From positions 8,804,001 through 8,868,000 of the forward strand of contig OZ059898.1 of the NCBI GenBank assembly GCA_964057225.1: a stretch of 64,000 bases of DNA, written 5' to 3'. The position numbers and the translations under genes are program-made. The notes beneath the pieces are model-generated. The model was given only the letters and a program-made list of their open reading frames with translations, was not told where the DNA came from and searched no databases. Below are positions 57,001-64,000 of the stretch, one piece after another (position 1 is the first letter of the stretch; every line of letters starts with the position of its first letter). Source of the DNA: Auanema rhodensis. Taxonomy: Eukaryota; Animalia; Nematoda.

Positions 57001-60000
57001 ATGAAATTTATTGTTATATCAATTGGTAAAGTGAAGCTTAAAAGAAAGAAAAACAAGTTCAACTTATTCAATTGTCTATTACTATATTAACAGGAAAAGA
57101 AGGAGGAGAGAGAAGATGATAACGATATAAATTGAGTTATAACATGTTTGATGAAATCTTTATCTCAACACAAAGCTGAAAATCGAATTGCTTGTTCTTA
57201 TTATTGAAGATGTAAGCATTTGAGTAAAAAAAAGATTTATGAAATTAGTATGGATCCAAATAGTTTGTATCATATTTCTACTTCATCTATATATGACGTC
57301 ATACCAAATGCCCAATTAGAAATCATCTCTCGTTTGCCCATATTCTCCCTTGTTAACTTTTACATTCTCTCATTTTCTCTCTCATCCTTCATCTCTCTTG
57401 TTCTTCTTCTCTCTCATTCTTCTTCTCACGCTCTCTCTCTCTCTTTTCCCCTTACTTACTCACAACATTTTGGCTGCAAGCACATGAATGATGATTAATG
57501 ATCTCTCATATCCTCCCTTTTTTTTCTTTATATCAAAGTACTTTACTAATTTATATCATAATTAAATATTATAAAGGACTGCATATACATATTAAATTGT
57601 TTTTTTAAAAGAGAACATCGAAACGATAACTTCGTTTAACATTTAACATGATAACCCTCTTTTTGGAGAAAATAATACGTCACAAGAAAAATCGTTTTGT
57701 AAGGTAATATTCCAAAAAAAAAAGTTTAATTCAATTTAACAAAATGTGATTTTGCTATTATTGCAATAAAAAATATATATCTATATATCTATATAATATA
57801 TATATAAACATATAGTATATAGTATATTTAAATGATTTTTGGATGTTTATAGTCCTTAATTTAAGTTTTTAACAATATTCAAATTAATATTATTTCAATA
57901 TATGAAATTTTTTAAAAATTAAATGAAATATATAAATTCTTCTGGTAGATATAATAGAAAAAAGTTGAATAGGGATTTGAAAATATTTGATCAGCTGTAG
58001 AGCATTATACTCTTATATGATCTATGCATATATAGCAATTTGTTCTTTAAAAAAAAAGAACAAGTCAAATTTTCATTAAAAAAAGGATAATAAGAACTAG
58101 AAGTTAAGAGTAAGTTCATGATTTCAATGCAATAAAAATGAAAATTAAAGAATAAAAGCATTTTGAGAAAAGGCGGAAAAACCATTAGCTGAGCAGTCTA
58201 CGTATTAATGTTTATTCCGTAAATGCTTTTCATTGGTCCGGAAATCATATCATATGATCTAAAATTCTATAAATGATCTTTATCCGCTTATTCAAAATTA
58301 TAAAAATGTATACCTAGTGAAATTTGGCATAGCTAAGTATAGTATTGGCCCTCAAATCCTTTTCCTGAGTTTTTTTAAGGTGAAGACAAAATAGAAAACT
58401 AGCAAGAAAAGAAAAAGAATGAACGTTTTGTATAGAACTACTAGAATTATATAGAACCATATATTCATTTGTAAAGAACTGAACTTGACTCCATTCCTAA
58501 TAAGCAGTATTTAAGAATAATGTTGTTTTTTAAATTAGAAATGAGATTGACTACGTCTTGTACGACCGCCAATTTTATGATATTGAATTGAAATAACTAT
58601 TCAAATTTCCTGCAGTTCACGCATATTTATTCCCAATTTACCTACAAATCTGCATGGTCGGTCAATCTTCGAAAGAAAAAGGTGAATTTTGTTTGAAAAT
58701 ATGAAATAATAGGAGAAGGATTAGAAACTTTAAAGATTTTTTTAACGAAAATCTCATAATAAATTACCAATATATTTAGTTGATCCTGATACAGTATCTA
58801 ATCTCATTGTTGTAAAAGTCCCAATTCATAAATCAACTATAACAACATCTATTGTTGAACAAGAATTGTCCAAGTAGATATTTAACTTTAATTTATATAA
58901 TTTTAAAAAAAAACTATTGATTTAGAATAATTTCGGTTAAACATTGTCGAATATTGCACCAGAGGAAAAACAATACATTATTTTTAGTTCAAGCATTGGA
59001 TGAATCACATATTCATAAAATATTTTTAAAGACAACAAATGGTTCAAAGTTAATGATTAATAAAAGACAATGGGTTATTTCAAGATTTAAAACCAAAAAT
59101 GTTCGTTATGTTCTTTAAACTTTTCAATAGGCTTTTTTCTCTAGATAACTGAAGGTCCTAGCCCGTTAAGGTTAGATAAACGCCAACCTGCCGTGTCAGC
59201 GTCTGAACTTCAATCTATTTACGAGAATTATAAGAAAACGGTTGGTATACTAAACAAAATTTGCTTCCATATAATTGTTATGCATATATATAGGTTGAAA
59301 GTCAACCTACTTCATCAAAAAAGCTAAAAAATTCACGAGCTACTAAGGGAAGACATAAAAAATCAAAAGAACAACGAAAAGCCAACGTACATATTCTTCC
59401 AAAAAATGTTCTGGAAGAAGAGATAGCTGAAAAAGAAGAGATTGTAAACACAAATGCAGAAAATGAGAATTTGGCGGTGGAGAGCATTCAGGAAACGACT
59501 ACTATAGGGTCTCAGTTTCTTGAATTAGCTCCACCATATCACAATCTGCCAAATACTGCATACTTTCGGAATGCACATATAGTTCCGCCTCCAATTTGTT
59601 GTAATGATGGATTACCTACATTACAAAGAATTATAAATCGTTATTTATCCGGTATGAAGGTTGAAATTTAATTTCTTATATCAATTCAAATATAAAATAT
59701 TTTTATCTTCAAGGAACATGATGATAATCAAGAACGAAATTTACAAAAATGGCTTTGGGAAAAGAAAAATGAAATGTTTAATCAGCAAGTAGAAGAAAAT
59801 AGAATACTCTTCGACAACTTGAACCGATTTCAACAAAACTATGTAAATATGTCACCACATAAATCATTCAGTTGTTATCCAGGTAGTAACATAAAAAAAA
59901 TTTTTTTCTCTTGACGATATTCCATGAGATAATTATTCTTTTATAGAGTTTTGGACCCCCTGGAAATAATACAAGATTACTAATGAAAAAGAAAAATTTA

Positions 60001-63000
60001 ATTAAATATTATTGATTCATAAACTGTTTCATTTCATTTCAATTATCTTTTTTACTATTAAATAAAATTAATAAAAAAAAGGTCAAATACAAATAATATG
60101 AACAATTTTGAGATACTCGAATGAATAAACATTCTAATTTGTTGTTTTCAGATTGTTGATGGATATTGGAAACAAGCTGTTTCTCTTTCATCTTGCTTTA
60201 CAGATGACCAACGATTAGCAACCAAAGTTTTGGTGGAAATTCGTGATCAAGGCACAGGAGACCGTGGAGAAACTGAGTTTGAGTTTGATCCTCTGGCAAG
60301 CTCATTTGATTTAATTCCACTTCGTCCTTTCTATAATACAATGACTTCAGCACTTTCATTCATAGTATATCATAGAAAAATGAGGAAATTAAGCTTAAAA
60401 CTGGAAATTACAGACAATCCCATTAGGAGCTGTAAGACAACCTTCATTGGAAGTCACTGCCACATGTATAGGAGGCTTATACAGTGGAAATGTTACAATT
60501 ACCACTCAGATTGGGGAATTTTTCAAAATAGATAAGCCAAAAAGTTTTTCTTCGTGTTATGTTATCATGGTTCAGGTAAGAATTGATAGCAATTATAAAA
60601 TAATTTCCTATGATTCAGGCTGTGCGCTTGTTGGGAAATGATATTAAATCTCGATCAAAAACCGTGATGCTGCCGAAGATGGAACAGACTCCATCCATTA
60701 ATCCATCATGGATAGAAATTCAAAATCCGGAGGCTTCTTACAAAGTTGGAAGTAAATTAATGGTTCGAGTACCACAGAAATTAGCTGTACAAATGAATTA
60801 TTTGGTAAAATTTCTCAAATATGTATTATTAAGAAAAATTTTCAGATTCTATGTAATCATGTGGAAGTTGTAGCTGCTGGTAAGATACGTGATGATGCTG
60901 TTCTCACCGTTACTTTAACTTCAAATATGATCGGAAAATGTATATTATTCGTTTATATGACACAAACTAAAAACGTTGTTGATATGATACAATTTTACGT
61001 CTCTGAGGACTGTCAAGTAATAGAAATGTTTTTGAATTTCAGTAAATAATATATTTTTATTCAGGCAACTACATTTGCTTCAAAAGCTGAAATCAAACCA
61101 GGAAATAATGTTACTTTTACTTTAAACGGTGATCCATATGGTTTAGCAGTTATACGAAGCACAGATGATAGACTAAATGCTCTTTCATTAGTATGAGTTC
61201 TTATACTTCTACATCGATTTAAATTTCTTTTTTTAGAAAAGTGAATCAGTTAAAACGAAAAATTGGGATTTATCCATGTTCCAAGAATCAAGTTTGAAGA
61301 ATCATCAAGCTCGTCTTATGAACTTTGTCGATGTTAAAGAAATTCACAACTCTATAGGTTGGTCAAGAATATTTTCATATTATAATTTTTATTTAGAACG
61401 AAGCTGTGCTTCTGCTGGAACAGAGTATAGCGTTATGTTCGGGAAATGTCCGGAAGCGAAAGTTACTCCATCTATTGTCTCAAACTACTGTTTGAAAAAA
61501 ATGATTGACGCCTGTCTTAATCCAAAAAAACCAACCAGTCAGTCTATATTTTATTTTGATATCATACCGGATCAAATATAGCTTCAGCTTCTTGTCGCAA
61601 AAAAGGGGGTTGCAACACAAGGATAGCCAGTTCCAAAGAAGTTGTTGTGTTAGAAGCAAATGTTTTTGCTCCAAGAGTCAAACCGAAATTCCTTCTGTCT
61701 CGACCATCCGCTGCCGAGGAACTCTTTAGGTTTTATAACTGTTGTCTCTGCTATATGAAAATAGAATGCTTCAGTGATCCAACATTACCAATATTTGATG
61801 AACCTGACGATGACGGGCCACCAATTCGCCAACATTTCCATGAAGTCTGGCTGTTCAATGCCGTAAAATTAGGGTGTAGTATCAATGAAAGGCTGTATTA
61901 ATGATTTCTGTTCAGTGCCTCAGGTACAGTATCCACTTCTGTGGCAGCTCCTGACTCCATTGGAAGATGGTCAGTTGCGACAGCATTTTGGTCCCCTGGT
62001 CAGCTTGACCTGTGCCGTCCGAGTAACATTGAAATCGTAGCGAAAAAGAATTATTTTATGGAAGTTGATATGCCACGACACGTTTACATAAACGAAACTG
62101 TTTCTGTGAAAATTTCAGTTTCAGCTTTAAAGCCACAACGCGAAACTAAGGTAATATTAGATTGTTCAATAAGTTAATTCCAGCTCAGTACGCATACAAA
62201 TATACACATATAAAGATATCATAAACAAGTAACAAAAAATGTTTTGAAAACGTACATATGTTACTAAATGTTGAGACATATTTCGCTTAAAACTTACTAG
62301 ACCATTTAATATTCTAAAGAATTGCTGAAAAATAATTTGTTTTCATTAGCTTTCCGTATGTATGGCTGATTTGTCAAGAAAAGTATGTGCTGATTTGGGA
62401 GCATTTGGTAGATATGGGGAACCTGTATACTCTAGGTATATACTCAATTAAATAAAATTCATCTTAAATAAATGTTTAGAGTGATTGTATCTCCTAGCAA
62501 AATGACTGATAGTAAAACTTTCACAATGAGATTCTTAGTTACTGGTCCTACAACAGTTCTTTTCCATTTGAGAGAGTATGTTTTCCTGGTTTGAGAGTTA
62601 TTTTCATGAAGAACCTTTAAGAGAAACATCATTTCCTGGAAAGCATCATTGTGATATTGGTCAAATTTATGATTCAGTGAAACTCGATATAAATATCGCT
62701 GTAAGTATAATAATAATATGTGAATAATATAAATAATATTATTTATAGAAAAGAGCGGAAACAGAGGAACATTATAAGAGATTAATATTGAATGCTGACA
62801 AACCTTTGAGTAATGTCGTGCTACTCAATGATGACCCAGATGATGTCAAACGATTTAAAGACTTATTCCGAACTATGCCTCATGCATATCCAGGATTTTC
62901 AACAAATAAAGAAATAATAGGTATATTAGTTAAATATTAATTATAAAAATAATAAATTTATAACTTCAAGAAGTATTTGAACATCGTTCATCAGATGACG

Positions 63001-64000
63001 CTAATGCTGTTGTTACCGAGATTCATACAAATATTTTGGATACTGATGCTGTTTATAGTTTCACAGTCGATATATCCAGTATAATTAATTACAGGAATAA
63101 CTCTCAGAAAAATTATATTTCATTTTAGAATTTCTACCAAACACTATCATCTCTGACTCACTCAATCGAGTTAAAAGAGGAGTTCTAGACTATGGTAACG
63201 CATTCTTAACGGATATTATCAGAAAATTGTCAACTGAGTTATATCAATTTAAAAGACTTCGGACTCAAGGAAGTATTGATATAAGACAAATACAGACATC
63301 AGAAAACAAAATTGGATCATGTATGATTACCCTAAACATTATAATATATATTTCCATATATTATAGTGATATCTGATATGCTTCGATTTTCTGATTGTGG
63401 TCTCAATCAAACTTCTTGTGGTTTCTCAGAATTTGGACGTCCAAAAGATGAATCAAGCCGTTCTCCAATGTATATATTACAGTTTTCTGATTTGATGAGC
63501 AATAATTATTTTACAGATTATCATCATTAGCTGCTTCTCTATTTTGTGAAGCTTCTGCTGATGAAAAATTGGCTTGTGGAACTATTAAATACATTCAGAA
63601 TTTTATCATAAATGGTCTAAAAACTAGCGATGTAGATATATCGGATATGATTGATATTGTAAATCATTAAGTTCAAATTAATTAAACAAATTTAAAATTA
63701 TTACAGGATAGTCCAGTAGATCGTCAATGGCTTTTAAATGCTTTGTTCTTACAAGTTTCCAAAGATTGTGCTGCTTTACAATGCATTGTATGTCCATAAT
63801 ATTCTTAAAGTTTGAATTATTTTTATTTTCAGAAAAACGATTTAGCATGGTCTAAGCTCTATTTCAATTTTTATGATCTGGATGAAACTTGGAGGTGTTG
63901 ATTCGACATATTTGTACTGAACTAATTATATGATACTTAGATTTGATGATCGAACATTGGCCGCCTTAGCCTTTATGGGAACAAATTCGACAGCTGAAAT
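33649..64000 (+). CDS. thioester-protein (alpha-2-macroglobulin/complement) family member, complement C3/C5-like, lacking the thioester; 3' end beyond the window
   Basis: 5' exon block 33649-34868: signal peptide, MG1 SPVPFVVLPSFFRL, MG2 IHIHTDKGIYRAGEKV...FELPDHLFYGEWRV...FTVGDYELPPFKISV, MG3 KYFHGSPVNG. A phase-0 intron (34869-60151) follows. 3' block 60152->64000: MG3-MG6, IRQHFHEVWLF, APDSIGRW...YFMEVDMPRHVYINETV, and a TED-like region GFSEFG..SPILSSLA..LACGTIKYI. Confidence 0.88.
35015..38813 (-). CDS. GnRH/AKH-receptor-like neuropeptide GPCR (gnrr family), nested antisense in the TEP intron
   Basis: Eight exons: MNSEFIPTRRNVDDFEVVFLSIMTAVAVVLN; TM2 FKLNLCISDF; VWLITYRWRLGDIGCRLYQF; SNIIVAIALDRL; AWTLAALCSIPQ; WHQC; VFWLP; WRRQLRSRVFR; ALWLPYN; NSVLNPILYGFERRKSRR*. 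Confidence 0.9.
39049..39116. repeat. (GA)n microsatellite
   Basis: Long, nearly perfect GA dinucleotide tract upstream of the GPCR that starts at 38813. Confidence 0.9.
40896..40972. repeat. (CT)n microsatellite
   Basis: About 38 perfect CT units. Confidence 0.92.
45302..47532 (-). CDS. second GnRH/AKH-receptor-like neuropeptide GPCR (gnrr family), tandem paralogue nested antisense in the TEP intron
   Basis: Eleven exons: MDMEPNSTT..YIEMAALFFIILIGLPSN; LKINLNISD; LVWLYTYRWAFGSIACRLYQY; SSNIVVCIAVDRL; AWVMGALCALPQ; WYQCTDVW; VFWGP; WRKQMRNKIFR; LFWFPYN; LINPFLYGFVK*. Confidence 0.92.
52180..52368 (-). CDS. candidate 62-aa microprotein with an N-terminal hydrophobic segment and a composite LxVP/PxIxIT-like calcineurin-docking motif
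   Basis: ATG-initiated ORF MQVSTFMLLHYYAFIIFVVFFLRNAIGTKYLSVPQIIVEDPTSKGMAMNLLYSIMKPLMKLL* in a locally GC-richer island, with AATAAA overlapping the stop. Other frames are also open, so coding status is unproven. Confidence 0.35.
   Translation of the reverse strand: MQVSTFMLLHYYAFIIFVVFFLRNAIGTKYLSVPQIIVEDPTSKGMAMNLLYSIMKPLMKLL
52613..52648. repeat. (CT)n microsatellite in a polypyrimidine tract
   Basis: Perfect CT run flanked by CT-rich sequence. Confidence 0.85.
53581..53643. repeat. seven imperfect 9-bp tandem units (consensus TCACGTCWT) containing CRE/UPRE-like cores
   Basis: ttcacgtct ctcatgtct aaacgtcat tcacgtcat tcacgtctt tcacgtctt acatgtcaa. Confidence 0.7.
53993..54039. repeat. 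(TA)n microsatellite
   Basis: About 23 perfect TA units. Confidence 0.9.
58541..59969 (+). CDS. orphan gene nested on the same strand in the TEP intron; degenerate RRM-like N-terminal fold, basic (NLS-like) and acidic low-complexity regions
   Basis: Seven to eight exons join in frame: ...VDPDTVSNLIVVKVPIHKSTITTSIVEQELSK|IISVKHCRILHQRKNNTLFLVQALDESHIHKIFLKTTNGSKLMINKRQWVISRFKTKN|ITEGPSPLRL..|VESQPTSSKKLKNSRATKGRHKKSKEQRK..|EHDDNQERNLQKWLWEKK..|EFWTPWK*. AATAAA at 60061. The start is either 58541 or 58654. Confidence 0.75.

Larger units (their letters stand above)
34869..60151 (+). other. giant (25,283 nt) intron of the TEP/complement-like gene, containing nested genes
   Basis: Donor CAA|GTACGT at 34869 and acceptor TTTTCAG|ATT at 60151. 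The join reads PIKQSQ|IVDGYW within MG3. No A2M-like exons were recognised in between. Confidence 0.8.

Overview
Very AT-rich eukaryotic genomic DNA from a nematode, probably rhabditid/clade V. Evidence: short 40-60 nt GT-AG introns with TTTCAG/TTTTAG acceptors, cuticle collagens, and a nematode-type tRNA-Ser. Genes were assembled by hand from splice sites and reading frames, because the ORF track shows only exon fragments and microsatellite artefacts. From left to right: a small secreted/GPI-like protein; a D2-like biogenic-amine GPCR (- strand) with an intronic tRNA-Ser(GCT); an RDH/dhs-16-family SDR; a divergent pair of cuticle collagens; a 4-TM protein; a Cys-rich secreted protein; and a large thioester-protein-family (A2M/complement) gene running from 33649 off the right edge. 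That last gene is the most notable element. It matches complement C3/C5 rather than A2M at several diagnostic positions, lacks the GCGEQ thioester, and has an RVKR furin-like site at the thioester-domain entry. Its ~25.3 kb intron hosts two antisense, almost tail-less GnRH-receptor-like GPCRs, a same-strand orphan gene with an RRM-like fold, and a candidate microprotein with a composite calcineurin-docking (LxVPxIxIT-like) motif. All homology statements are from memory of the families; no searches were run.
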